Shown: positions 13,256 through 27,049 of the stretch, in pieces
How the letters are laid out: each line of letters begins with the position of its first letter
How positions within the stretch are numbered: the stretch's first letter is position 1
Source: the human T2T-CHM13v2.0 reference genome, Homo sapiens
Direction: 5' to 3' (one strand)
Assembly (NCBI RefSeq): GCF_009914755.1
Contig: NC_060938.1
DNA length: 64,000 nucleotides
Made by a program: the position numbers and the translations under genes
Notes under the pieces: generated by a model
What the model was told of the DNA's origin: nothing
The model's input: only the letters and a program-made list of their open reading frames with translations
Database searches by the model: none

Positions 13256-14991
13256 ATGCCTGTGGGGATCAGAGGTCAATAGATGCAGCCTCCAATGGTC
13301 TGAGGCTCCCTGACTTTCCTCCCGCCTTCTCTCCGTGTGTAATCCCAGCCCAGGGCCACCCTTTGGTGGCAAACACAGACACCCCTGTGTCAGCCATACG
13401 TATTCAGCCAAGGCTTTATGAGTACCTTCCACTTAGGAACCCTCACTTCTGTCTCTGCCTTCCCTTGCGATTATGAGTCCCAGCAATGGCAGCTGAGCAC
13501 TCAGGATGCCCACTCCTGGCTCTGACTTTACGTCACTTTCTCAACACGTTACAGGTGAAGAGCCTGCCAAGTGGCCGAGCCACGATTTGGCCCCAGAGCC
13601 CAAGTTCTGTTCTTTCCTTGGGTCTCTGCTGTCTGCCCAGGCCTGAGCATGGTCCCTCAGACAGGCTCAGGAAGTATTTGTGGATGAATCAATGAACGAC
13701 CCCGTGAGGGCCTTTGCCTTTCTCCCCTGCCAGGCTGGGAGCCCCCAGAAGACAAGTGGGGTTGACCATGTGCCTGGAAGGAGTCACGGCTCCTCTCTAG
13801 ACCGGAACTCCCCACTAGAGCGATGGGGTGCCACAGGGTATCCCAGCAGGCCCGGCAAGCACATCACAGGAGCGTGGAGAAGCGGGACCAGCCGTGCCCC
13901 CATCCCTGGGAGCCCTGCCCCCAGCCTTGTCTAAGGCCTCACTTGCCCCATATCTGGTTTGGGGAGCAGGTTTCTCACCCCAATATGATTCTGTTCTCTG
14001 CCCCCTCTGCCCTCCTACCCCACACATCCCAGCGTGGATGGACGAGACTTCGCCCCTGCCTCCTGCCCGGGCCCCTGCCATGGGAAGGGGACGCATTATT
14101 GCTCTCTCTCAGGGCTATTCAGACACCAACTAATTTATTTCCCTCCTGCCCCCTTCCTTATTGATCAATGCTTTAGCTGAGTGGCTGTTAAATGACTTGT
14201 TCCCATAGCAACCATCAGATACATGCTCGGATCTGATGTGTCTGTTTCCTGAGCCAGATCGCCTCCTAAGAGCTTGGAGAGAACAAATCTCCTTTCATAT
14301 CCGTCGCTGTCTTCTGAAAGGCACAGGATATTGTTCAGAACAAGTCATTTTTTAAAACAATATTAAAAAAAGAACTAGGTTTTTCAACAGATATAAAGTT
14401 GTTTCATAAGGTGCATCATTCTTAAGAAGTATTAAATCAGATTTTAAAAGCTTTGACCAAGTTAATCTTTCTTCTGCCTACTTTTCCTTCTGCACAGGGG
14501 GAAGTATGGAAACGGTCTCTGCATAAAGATACTCTGCTGCATCATTTATAAAAAGAAAAATTGAAAACAGCCTAAAAGCACAATAGACGATTCAAATGAT
14601 CTATGGTTCACATACCTGTGAGGGTTTTATAGAGATGCTGAAACGCTGCTTAGAAGAGAGAAACACACATGTCAACAACGTGAAGTGAAAAAAAAGAAAC
14701 AAGATTAAAAACTGTGTCTGCACGGGTGAGCATAATGAATGGAAAACAAAGCTAAATTATGTAGAGGAAAAAATACTCAGGAAAACAAACACAGTGAAAT
14801 GTTGACAGAAGTGTTTCTTGTTGGCAGAGCCATGGGATTTTCTTCCTTATTCACTTACTTAATACATATTTATTGAGCACCTACTACGAGCCCAGCCCTG
14901 TCTGAGGCATTAACAGCACAACTGCTATTTCTACTGCCTATATTTTCCCAAATGTGTTTAAAACTGTTTTAAAACTATGTATTTTTTTCTT

Positions 14992-15229
14992 ATTTTTGTT
15001 TGTTTGTTTGTTTGTTCTGAGACAGGCTCAAGTGATCCTCCCACCTCAGCCTCCCCAGTAGCTGGGACTACAGGCGTGCACTACTACACCCCACTAATTT
15101 TTGTATTTTTTGTAGAAACAGGGTCTCGTTGTGCTGCCCAAGCTAGCCTCGAGCTCCGGGCCTCAAGCAATCCACCCACCTCAGCTTCCCAAGCTCTGGG
15201 ATTACAGGTGTGAGCCACCGTGCCCAGCC
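14992..15229 (-). mobile_element. AluJ-like element with internal deletion in the right arm
   Basis: (TTTG)n tail; GAGACAGG joined directly to CTCAAGTGATCC; left arm intact. Confidence 0.88.
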
Positions 15230-15633
15230 AAGTATAATTTTTTTTAATGACAGGGTACATGTTTCACCTGCCACGTTGCCAACAAATAAACATAAGATGC
15301 TCTGTTGGTGAGGAGAGGATATAGGAACACCAGCGCCGCCTGGCAGAAGAATGAATGACCACGACCAATAAAGGACCAGTTATCAACACTTAAAACCGAC
15401 ATACTTTTTCCCAGCAATTCCACCTGTAGTCATTGTCCCTACTGGGATTCTCTCCCACCTTTGTCGTGGGATGTTTACGAAGCTTGTTTACCGTGGCATG
15501 TGACTGCTGGAACCCCGAATGGTCCTCGCCAGGGGATGGCTACCCAGATCGTGGTTCAGACTCAGGAAAACACTGAGCCCTGAGAAGAACGAGGCGATCT
15601 GCCAGTGTGTGGAACACTAAGCTGAGGTCCCTA

Positions 15634-15900
<267 letters not shown>

Positions 15901-18289
15901 TCAGTTTCTCATCTGCACAGTGAAGATGCTGATGCCCGCCTGGCTGATGCCCGCCTGGCTGCTTCCTGGACAGATTTCCCAGGATGTGCTGTGTGACAGG
16001 CCTTCCACACAGGCCCTCAGGCACCTTTTCTTCTTCCTGAGATGGAAACAACAAAAAAGTTGGTGCATGGTCACCAGCGATCCCCAAACTACGACCTCTG
16101 CCCTCTTTTCCTGCAGACCCCTCAAAAATCACGAAAGGGGCCCTTGCAATAGGGGGTCTCTATGGACTCAAACAAAGGGCTTTCCCTGGGAGGGGCTGCC
16201 GGCCTTTGCCTATAACATGCGTGATGTAGTTTTTAAGACTAGCAAAAGCCCAGCCTGGCATTATCTAGCATTGAGGTACAGCGTCTCACGGAAAGTTCTT
16301 TTTTATTCCCCAGGCTGTCCCCTTCTCCTCCATTCCCGGATAAGCCTTCACTCACCTCTGCACCTCACCAGCATCCACTCAGAGAGACCCAGCCCCTCAA
16401 ACCCAGCCAGCAGGGACCACGCTGCACATTAAGTTTGCTCAACTGCTCCAGGTTATTTGAAAACTTATGAAACCTTTTTCTTAAAAAAATCAAAGTCCCA
16501 TTGTGAGAGGGAATCCAGTACTTTCTTAAAAGTACTAACTCAGCAGCTGCAGGAATCTTCCTGACCTAAAGAAAGAGGAAGGAGAAAAAACACAATCACC
16601 CCTGGCTTCTGACACGCATACTCCTGGCTGGATTCTAGATTAGAACAAAGGGGACATAGGTCACGGAGCCATTTCTGTGCCTAGACACCACCTTTGATTT
16701 TGCAGGGTGGCGCACCAGGGCTTAGCCACAAGGGGGTCGTGATTCAGTGGGTATGAACTCCAGTGGGGGAGTGCGGGGAGAGACAGCAGGCCAGTGGTCC
16801 TTCGGGGAAGATGCGGGAGGGGGTTCTTTTTTAATTTTTCTGGTCTGTTCCACATAACTGAATGCCAGGGACCCAACCTGGATGGGTAGGGGGTGCCAGG
16901 TGCAGACCTGACTCTGCACTAGGAAGGAATGCTTGTCACCACCGGCAGGCATGTGTGCTTCTCAGCCCGTCCCAGAGGACAATCCCGAACCACTGATCCA
17001 AAGCCTTAAAACCCTGCAGAACTTTTGACCCAGGCCCCACTGCTAGGAATGAATAACATAGTAAAGATAGGTGGGACGATTGAGCTACCAGCGTGTTTAT
17101 GACTACCACGTTTTCAGCAGGTGAAGTGCAAAGTGCCTAATGTTCACAAGAGGGGCTGAGTTGAGCAAAAGCAAATTTCAGTTCAGCCATACCCTAAAAT
17201 ATGAATACAAATATTGCCGTGGCTAATACCATGAAAACTTGGTCTCATCAAACCGTCTAGCAGATTACAAGCACTCTGGACAGTATGTTACTATGCAGAG
17301 ACATAGGAAAATGTCTACGAAGAAATACACCAAAATGTTAATGACAGTCATCTCTGAGTGACTTCTCTTTGTTAATATCTCTGCATGTTCTGATGTTTCC
17401 CACAATAAACTGATGTATCTTTTGTTGATTTCAGAGCGTGGCCTTGAGGATGTTCCTTCACCTCTCTGAGCTTCAGGCTCCTCACCTGTATAATGAAGAC
17501 AGCACCTGCCTCATGGATTTGCTAATATATGCAAAATGCATAGCTTGCTGCCTGGAAGATAATAAGTACCCAAATGTTAGCTGTTTTTATTTTTCGCTCA
17601 ATTTTCTACATATAAACATGTCATTGTGCTCCGTGCTGGGGATATGGCAGTGACAGCTAAACTCCAGAAGAGAAAGATTAAACCAACACTCACAGACGAT
17701 TAATCCGCTGCCGTGAGGACCAATGATGTATTCATTACAGTTAGGGATGCTGTGGTGGGGGGCACGTTGAGAGCATTTATCAGGGGAACTTTGTTGAGAG
17801 TTTTGATCATTATCTTAAGAGCAACAGGAAGCCTGACATTGAAGGCTTCAAGCAGAGCTGTGAAATCAGAAGTTCATGGTTTAAGAACTCACCATATCCA
17901 CACCGTGGACTGAGAGGGGCCCCAGGGAGGTGCCTTCCCAGGAGGCTGCTGTGGGGGTGCGAACCACGGAGGAAGTGCTGCCACGGCAGATGGGGCGAAG
18001 TGGACAGACCCCAGCCCCTTCAGGAGGTGCAGTTTGCAAAATCTGGACACAGTGATGCCTCGGAGGGGCTTGTGGCGGGATGGTCGGGTGACCCCAGACC
18101 TCTAGTCTGATGTAGTGCGCCGATGGTTCCTGGATACAGAGGACTCAGTGGGGAGCAGGTCTGGGGCGTTGCGGAGTGTGTCTAGGGGAGTGTGTCTGGG
18201 GACATGCTGGTTTTGGGTTGCCTGGGCGGGGGAGGAGGGTGTCCAAGGGGATGTCCTGGAAGCAGAGCAGTCTGTGGTCGCTTTGAACT

Positions 18290-19120
18290 CGGGATCCGCG
18301 AGACCCCAGGGGTTCACCTCCATTGCATCCGGGAGAGACACCGGTTAGGGGATGCAGGACTCCCCAGCGCTGGGAGCGCGAGGCCTATCTAAAGGCCAGA
18401 CGTTCTCAGAGTCCGAGGCTCGGGTACAGGTGTTGCGCCTCCGACGTGGAGGGGCGCGGGGCTGGGAGCCCAAGCCAGGTGCGCGGGTGGCCTCGCTGGT
18501 ACACGAGGCGGCTCGGTCTCAGAGGGTCAGTGGGGGCCGGACCCTCAGCGTTGGTGGCCGCTTTCCTCTAGGGTGGGCGTATGGCCGCCTCCCCCAGGCA
18601 GTCCTCCTGCCTTGCCCGCGAGGCCAGCTCAAAAGCCTTTATGCCCGGGCCGCCCGCCAGGGGCGCCCTTCCCAGCCCGCGCTCGCCCGCTCTGCCTCGC
18701 CCACGCTCGCCCCCACCCCTGCCCTGAGCCCTGCATCCCGGGAAGCCCCCTCTGCAGGTACTCACTAAACATCGTGGAATGAGGGAAACAGAGACCCGGA
18801 GAGAGGAGCGCGGGGAGAAGAGAGCCCACGATGTTCCCAGCCCTTCTCCCAGTGAGATCATGAGTCATTTTATGTTCCAGCGTCTATGCTTCAACACCTT
18901 CCAGATTTTCCTCCGTGAGCTGGCATCTCCTCCGTGAGCTGGTGGAGTCAGAAACCAGCATTTTTCTATCACTGTTTCTGAAGATGTGCTGAATACGAAC
19001 CAAAGACCAGGGCGCTCCGGGGAGGGGACCGGGCGGGCTCTAGCTTTGCGAGGTGCCAGGGGGTGTTGGTAGGGGCCGTGCCTGCTGCTCCCCCAGCGTG
19101 GGGCGGTCCTGGCGGTTTTC
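18290..19120. promoter_or_regulatory. CpG island (densest 18290-18760), orphan promoter/enhancer-like
   Basis: High GC and CpG density, GC boxes (GGGCG), G4-type motif GGGGAGGGGACCGGGCGGG at 19019-19037. Confidence 0.75.
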
Positions 19121-20119
19121 TGCTTGCCTCCTGGGCTCCCAGACAGCTTCCTCCAGCCCAGCTTCCCTGGCCCTAGAAGGAGTAAGCAGGCAATCCCTGG
19201 GATTTGCTTAAACCACCCACACCCCCAAAAATGTGTGTCCCCCTTTACTGGGAACGTGTTTACAGCTGTGTTATGTGGGGGTGTGTCCCATGCCCAGCGT
19301 GGGCCCCTGGTGGTGAGTAGTGTTGGGTACAGCTGGGAGCCTGGACTCCACCTCAGCTCTGTCCCTGGTATGTCCAGGGCCATGCCCGAGCCTCCTTTTC
19401 CTTGAATGGGACTCACCAGGTACATCTCCAAAGGAGGTTGTGAGCATTAAGTATCCAGGACTTGCCAGGGTGCTGGCACACAGTAAGCGCTCAATAAGTG
19501 CTGGCTACTGTGAGAATAACGTGAAGGGAACTGGATGGGGTGCTGGGCCTTGCTTTCCCCAGTTGCCCATACTCTGGCCCTGTGTGGCTTCCTCCTTTGG
19601 CCCGGCCAGCGTGGATGTGGTTGAGGATGACATATGTCTGTGGAAGGCCAGCTGACAGGCTCTGGGACAGCCATGACAAGTTAATGAATTCCGCTGTGGT
19701 TACTAAGGCACATGTCTGGGCCACGAGGACTTCTGTCTGCCGCACTGACCTTTAAAAGAGCGCCTCTAATACCCACCAATCACTCATGCTCTGATTGAAC
19801 ATTCAGAAGATGAAACCTGTCTGAGCTGAGAGTGATCAGTCATCCCTGCCGCCCCGTCACTGTCACTCCTTTCTGAATCATAATAAAACTTTGCAAAACT
19901 CTTTGGTTCACTCAGCAGCCTTTGCTGTGAAGACGGGGGCACTTTCTGACATACCTGGCGGTGAGGGCCAGCCCCGTACGCTCCTTCACCCACCCCAGCC
20001 CACACCGGGCACCCCTTGTGGGGAGGGGGTTCCAGCCCTGCCTGCGTACATAGCCTTTATTTTAATCCTTTAATAACCTTCTCGTTCAGCTTTCCATCTA
20101 TCCATTGAGAAAACATTTA

Positions 20120-20400
20120 TCAAGGATCACCTCAGTTTAAATGTCTTTGGCCACAAGGAACATAAAACCTGTCTCAAGCTAAAACCATAAAAACATGGAT
20201 CATTTCATCTAACAGGAAGTCTAGAAGTGGAATGGGGTTCAGGGTGTGTGGTAGCTGGGTGTGGTCCTCAAAGACCCTGGTGCCTTCCATCTCTCTGCTC
20301 TGTTTTCCTACCTCTCTACCTCAGCGCTGGCTTCAAATGCAAAATGGAACCAAGATGGTGGCCAGCACTCCACTGTAGCTGGCCCCGACACCTCTCTCAG
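20120..20400 (-). mobile_element. Old MaLR LTR (MLT1-type) remnant
   Basis: AAGACCCTGGTGCCTTCCATCTCTCTGCTCTG...CAAGATGG resembles old MLT1 LTRs; subfamily uncertain. Confidence 0.45.
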
Positions 20401-20763
20401 TGACTCTTTCTCTTTGGGAGTAACGAATCCTAAATTCAGTCACTCTTATTCTGGCACCTAAGATTGTATGGGTAGCCCCTCTCCAGAGAGTGCCCTAGAT
20501 GCTACACCCAGGGGCATGACCTTGACCTTCCCATCAATCAGCCAACAGTCAGATTTCATCTAGCTGCCAGCTTTTTTAGTGAAGTTCTTTATTCTGCAAA
20601 GATATTTAGTTTTCTTTTTGATTAGCTCTTATTTTAATTCCCGCCTTAGAGGTCTATATTTTGTTTCTTTATCTTAGTGGTAATGACTGTTAGTGTTAGG
20701 TGCTTCCAAATAAAGCATAATTGATTTTGTTAATTGATATTTACAATTAGCCAGTTCTGATTC

Positions 20764-21063
20764 CTTTTTTTTTTTTTTTTTGAGAGGGAGTCTTCCTCTG
20801 TTGCCCAGGCTGGAATGTAGTGCCATGATCTTGGCTCACTGCACTTCCTCCTCCTGGGTTCAAGTGATTCTCCTACCTCAGCCTCCCAAGTAGCTGGGTC
20901 TACCAGCGTGCGCCACCATGCTTGGCTAATTTTTGATATTTTTAGTAGATGAAGGGTTTCGCCATGTTGGCCAGGCTGGTCTTGAACTCCTGACCTCAAG
21001 TAATTTGCCCGCCTGGGCCTCCCAAAGTGCTGAGATTACAGGCGTGAGCCACCTCGCCCAGCC
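20764..21063 (-). mobile_element. AluS
   Basis: Minus-strand dimeric Alu with poly(T); degenerate TSD CCAG(T)TCTGATTC. Confidence 0.93.
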
Positions 21064-21152
21064 ACCAGTCTGATTCTTAACAAAAGTTCATAATGAATTA
21101 TTATTTCAGAAATTTAAATCAATTTGTTTTAGAAACTTAAAAACAATGGTTA

Positions 21153-21441
<289 letters not shown>

Positions 21442-21812
21442 AGGTTTTTTTAAAATAGGAATTTAACATACTTTAAGCAAATCAATACATTAATGAGGGA
21501 CTATCAGCATTTACAGCACCAGGAAATCTATCTTTTAAAAAGGTTCATTATTATACATGTGTGTAGATAATAGTCACATTGCATGCCATTTTCAGCAATT
21601 TAATTCCTGAATTAAATGAAAATCAACACTTTAATACATCCTATTTTATTTAGTCCATGCTTCAATTTTTTTATTTTTGTTTATTTTTAAACTTTTAATA
21701 ATGCAGACAGCCTTTTTAAAATCAATCTTCAGAAGCTGTAAAGGCCTCTGGTCTCCTTAAGCATTTCATATCCAAATTGATGTACTTTTACAGATATTTT
21801 TATGTTCTCTGT

Positions 21813-23031
21813 AATTGACAATATTTTAATTAAGACTGGAAAGTTATAGTCACAAGACAACCAATAATTCCCCCCAAAAGTCTAAGTCGTTAGTTAGGCA
21901 ACATAATGAGAACTATCACACATTGGGATTCGTGTGCTCCTGACAATTATCCCTTTTCTGCCTTAAAGTCTTATTTGGATGGGAGAATTATCCAGAGAGG
22001 CAAGGGCGCCAAGTGGCCGGCACCACCTCACCACGCAATGTGCTTTTTGCCCAGAAAAAAAAGCTGTGACCTTTTCTAAGCATCCACAAGCACGAATTAA
22101 GAAACAAAGTTCTTGGCTAAGATCGATTGCCCCAGTATCCGATGGAGCCCAAGGAGCTGGTTACAAGGTCCAGCGATTACAACCTAAAGCCGAAATGACT
22201 CACGTAATTGCAGAATCGCTCATTCTAACAGCCTGATTGGAAATTGTCAACACTGTGTCTGGGACTAATGAAGCAAAGGAAATGGAAAAGGTGACATTTT
22301 CAAATAATATTATTAGTAAACGAATTGACAACATGTCAGATGACAAAGATGACACCAATCCAAAGTCTTATTAAGTCAAAAGAAGTTTTCATTGCAGATT
22401 GATGAATCTATATATTAATACATTACTAATTGGGCTCAGTTAATAGCACTAATTCGAATCCCAAAAGAAAAAGGCTGGGGAGGACACTGTTTGTTCTTTT
22501 GAGTAGTCCCAAAACAAATTACTGGGAATGAACCATTCAAACTGGACAATTAATACTTCGAGACACATAGCTCATGGTGGAGGCCCTGCTGTGTTGCATA
22601 CAGATGTGGCTGTAATGATGGAAGGAATAACAGCTCTCCACCAAGAGTTTGTTCTAGAAAACCCTGAGATGCCAGTAATGCATGGCATTATTCACAGCCT
22701 CTGGTATAGAAAGTTTGCGTGCAGATCTGACATCCACGTTAAATTACATGATCAAATGACTGACTCTAATAAAATCCAAGCTGTGACAGAACCGTCTGTT
22801 TCAATGTTATGTGAAAAAAAAAAGTGTCATCAGAATACTGGGCTCGGCTGTTCCATGCCAAAGTGGCTGTCCAAAGAATGAGACTTGTCGAGAGCTTAAG
22901 AGCTAAGAGAAGAAATGGGGGTGGAAAAGTGTAAATGATTCTCACTTAGCTTCTCACTCGGCTTCAAAAAATGATGTACTTAACTTGACATTTTTGAGCA
23001 CCTGAATGAACTTAATTGGAAATTGCAAGGA
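21813..23031 (+). mobile_element. hAT/Charlie (Buster/ZBED5-like) transposase fossil, N-terminal half
   Basis: Degenerate motifs in the expected order: RQHNENYHTLGF (BED finger), HHLTT, GYKV..HVIAESLIL, FSNNIISKRIDNMSDD, FSLQIDES, TDVAVM, HGIIH (CxxH-like), KWLSK, DIFEHLNELNWKLQG; many stops and frameshifts. Confidence 0.85.
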
Positions 23032-23149
23032 CTGTCAGGCCGAGCTGTCCTTCCACCATTCGGGCTATGAAAAGCCGTTTCAAATGTGCAAGAACCCAGG
23101 AAATATTGTACTCACAAGCCCTTCCCAAGAAAGCTACCAGAAGGCTGGT

Positions 23150-26100
23150 GGAGAACATTAAATATGTATAATTGTAGGTCTCAGACTAACAGAAAAACAG
23201 AGACCAGAGTAGAAGAATAATAGATAACTATTATATGTTCTGACAAAATAGAAATAATGAACTTAAAATGGGAGGAAAAAAAGAGAGAAAGGGGAAACAG
23301 AACAAACTCATGGATTGTCACATAAATAATAGGTGGCAGACAAAGGATGTCACTTCATGCTGACAAACCAAATACTATTAGTTTGCACTGTGTGAAACTG
23401 ACAATATCTGACCATCTTTTCCCTACAAAAATGCTAATCCTATATTGCTCAAGCTAATTAAACATTACAAAGGATATTAGAATAAAGACAGTCACTCAAT
23501 CAAAAACGCAAACATGTCTAAATTGCAAAAGAAATGTAAAAACAAAAACACACTACAATGTAGGTAAACCATGAAAATACTATGCTTAGTGAAATAAGTC
23601 AGGCATAAAATGACAAATGTCTGATTTCACTTATATAAAGTACTTAGAACAGGCAAATTCATAGAGACAGAAAATAGAATAGAGGTTACTATGAGCTGTG
23701 GGGAAAGGGGAGATGGGGAGTTATTGCTTAATGGGTACAGAGTTTCTGTTTGTGGTAATAAACTATTTTGGAAATAATGGTGATAGTTGCAAAACAACCT
23801 AAATGTACTTAACACCACTGAATTATACACTTAAAAATGGTTAAAATGATAAATTTTATATTATGTGTGTTTTACCATATGTTTGAAAACTAATGTAATA
23901 AACCAAAAACCACTGACTTGTACACTTTAAATGGGTGAATTGTATGGTATGTGAAGTAAATCTCAAAGCTGCTTTTTAAAAACATAACAACACAGAAATA
24001 AAGGAAGTTATGCTTTAAAAAAAATAAGAGCAAGGAAAACAGACAACATTAAATATTGAGAAAGAAACAATAAATATTATATACAATAACATAGTAGAAT
24101 GGAGACCAGCATATCAGTTATAGCAGTAACATGAATAGGTTTAACTCACTTACTAAAAGAAAAAGATTTTCAAATTGGCTTACATAGCAAGCCAACACTC
24201 TAAACACAGAGATTTAGACTGAAAATGAGGAAAATGGCCACAAACAAGCAGGGATTTGACTCTGCTTATTTATGGCCATCATTTTTCAGACAAGGTAGAA
24301 TTCAGGCCAGAAAGCATCAAGCGTGAAAAAGATGTTACATTATTAGGCCAGTGGAAATTGAACAGTTAAGAATACCTGTGTGGCAAGAAGCACAGCAACC
24401 ACTTTATAAAGCAAAAGCTACAGGAAATATAAGAAGAAATAGACAAAAACATACTACTAATAGGAGACTTATACACTGCTCCTAGTCAAATGAACAACAA
24501 CAAAAAAGCAAGGTTATGGAGTAACTGAACAGTATAATCAATAAGGAAGATCTTCTGGTTATGTGTAAAATTCATATCACAACAAACAAAGATATACCTT
24601 GTTCTCAGATATGCATAGAACATTCACCAAAATAAACACACACACAGATCACAATACTCTTCATAAAGTAGAAATTATACAAATAATCCTTGTTGGTTAT
24701 AGTACATTAAAACTAGACATTAAAAACTAATTCAAAAAGCAAATTTTTTGCCTGAAAATTTAAAATCTCTCTCAAATAACTGTCAGCTGAAAGTTAAAAT
24801 ACAAATGGAAATTGCAGAGCTTTTTTTAAAAAAATATAATGGCAATGCTACATATCGGCATTTTGGGGATACTGTAAGATGGTTATCAAAGAAAAATTCA
24901 TAACCTCAAATACTCATATCAGTAACAAAGATAAGTGAACTAACTTTCCAATTCAAAAAAATTAGAAAGTTAACAAAGTAAACCAAAAGAATGTGCAATA
25001 GGGAAATAACAGAGATAAAAGTAGCAGGAAGGTAAAATGATACAGCCAATTTGGGAAAACAGTCTGGCAGTTCCTCAAAAAGTTAAACAAAAAAAAAAAA
25101 ATTACCATATGACCCAACAATTCTGCTCCTAGGAATATACCCCAAAGAAATGAAAGCATATGTCCACACAGAAACTTGTACATGAATTATTCATGATGCC
25201 CAAAAGATAGAAACAACCCAAATGTCCTTCAATGGATGATGGATAAACAAAATGTGGTCTATCCATACAAGGGAACATCACTCAGCCATAAAAAGGAACA
25301 AAGTGCTGATACCTGCTACAACTTGGATGTACCTCAAGAATGTTAAGTGAAAGTAGCCAGACACACAAGGTCACATATTGCCTGGTTTCTTTTATGTGAT
25401 ATATGCAGATTAGACAAATCCACGGAAACAGAAAGCAGCTTTTCTAGGAAAGTACAATTTACCGAAATTGATCCCAGTAAAGATAAGAAGTTGAAGCCAT
25501 CTAGTTCCAGAAAAGAAATAGAGAAAATTGTAAATATATGTAAAAAGAAATAGAATAAAACAGAAGCCAACAAAATTGGTTAACTATAAGAGTAGACACC
25601 TTAAATACAAATTTGTAAATGCTCACCTCCACTCATAGTAAGGGAAAGGAAAGAAAATGAGACTTCTCTGTACCTTTTTTAACTATTTTGACTTTTAAAT
25701 CATGTTAATATATTATACATTTATAAAATAAAATTAAATAAGATTTGGGGGAACACACTGAAATCAACAGAAACAAGCGGAGATAACTGTATATCAGTTT
25801 GATATCATGACCGCATAGAAGAAAATGATAATAACTACAAACACTTTTTGAACACATCGATCTGTTTGTGTAGAAGAAGAACTTAAAGAAATCCTGGACT
25901 TTATTGAAAAATTTGCTGTTGGTAGTGGATTTGGGGCTGCAGTCCCTAAACTATTTTCTGTTCATTGTAAGATTGAGCAAAAAGTAAATATATGGATGTT
26001 ATTGAAAAGCAGGGTTCTTTTGGAGAGAAGGGGGATTCAAAAATGAAACGGGAGGAGGGGAAGAACTTCAAGATGTTGGAATGACATTAGAAGTACTGGT

Positions 26101-26400
26101 ATGAAATAATTTTTGAGTATTTACTTTTTATCTGTCTCCACTAAACTGTCCTAGAAGCTGTTTAATAGGCCTGGGGCAAGGGAAGTAAAAAATATTTGTG
26201 CCAGAAAGTAAGGAAGCACTCAAAACTGCTAGAGACATGTCAAAAGTTTTCAAGAACACTTGAAGAGGCTATCGTCTGGAAAATTTGTAAAAATGTTATC
26301 CTCAATGTACTATAATGCATTAAATTTTAAAAAGAAATTCTGAAGGGCAGTGGGATTCTGACTCTAGCCATGACAGAATGACTTGTAGAGCTAATCCTCT
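23150..26400 (+). mobile_element. Mosaic of old L1M fragments (includes L1MB-type 3' ends at ~23560-23960 and ~25020-25440)
   Basis: L1 3'UTR motifs (CTAAGTGAAATAAG, AATGGGTACAGAGTTTC, CACTGAATTATACACTTAAAAATGG) and ORF2 remnants; boundaries approximate. Confidence 0.75.
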
Positions 26401-26432
26401 TACTGACAACAACTGCAAAAGATAGTTAAAAC

Positions 26433-26736
26433 GGCCGGGCGCGGTGCCTCACGCCTGTAATCCCAGCACTTTGGGAGGCCAAGTTAGGCGGATCACGAGG
26501 TCAGGAGATCGAGACCATCCTGGCTAACACGGTGATACCCCGTCTCTACTAAAAATATAAAAAATTAGCCGGGAGTGTTGGTGGGCGCCTGTAGTCCCAG
26601 CTACTCGGGAGGCTGAGGCAGGAGAACGGCGTGAACCCGGGAGGCGGAGCTTGCAGTGAGCCGAGTAGAGATCGCGCTGCTGCACTCCAGCCTGGGGGAC
26701 AGAGCGAGACTCTGTCTCAAAAAAAAAAAAAAAAAA
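26433..26736 (+). mobile_element. AluY
   Basis: GATCACGAGGTCAGGAGATCGAGACCATCCTGGCTAACACGG; poly(A); TSD AAAAGATA(GT/CG)TAAAAC. Confidence 0.96.
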
Positions 26737-27049
26737 GATACGTAAAACATATAAGACAATTATATGAAGGCATTAGAGACCAGCCAAGGCCAACAGAACT
26801 TGAAGGGTTATGAACACTGAGAGAAGGTAAGTACATGACATACATTTCACAAATATCCTCACATTTTCCATAAGGGCATTTTCTACTTCCCAATTCAGAA
26901 AAACAAAGTCCAAGAAGAAAGCAGAAGTCTTTGCAAGTTTAGGAGACAGAAGTTGGAGTTTAGAGCTGCCTAACCATCTGGGACTTAGGGGATAAAATTC
27001 TGAGGTGGTGGGAACCATGAGGAAGTAAGCATAAAACTCTCTGTACAAT

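Noticed and set aside
14190-14240. Possible C/D-box snoRNA (CTGA plus short stem)
   Set aside because: No proper RTGATGA C box at a suitable distance.
21720-21860. Minus-strand resemblance to a pogo/CENP-B HTH (..VKVHQF..FTASED)
   Set aside because: Short and weak; equally explained as the 5' leader of the plus-strand Charlie ORF.
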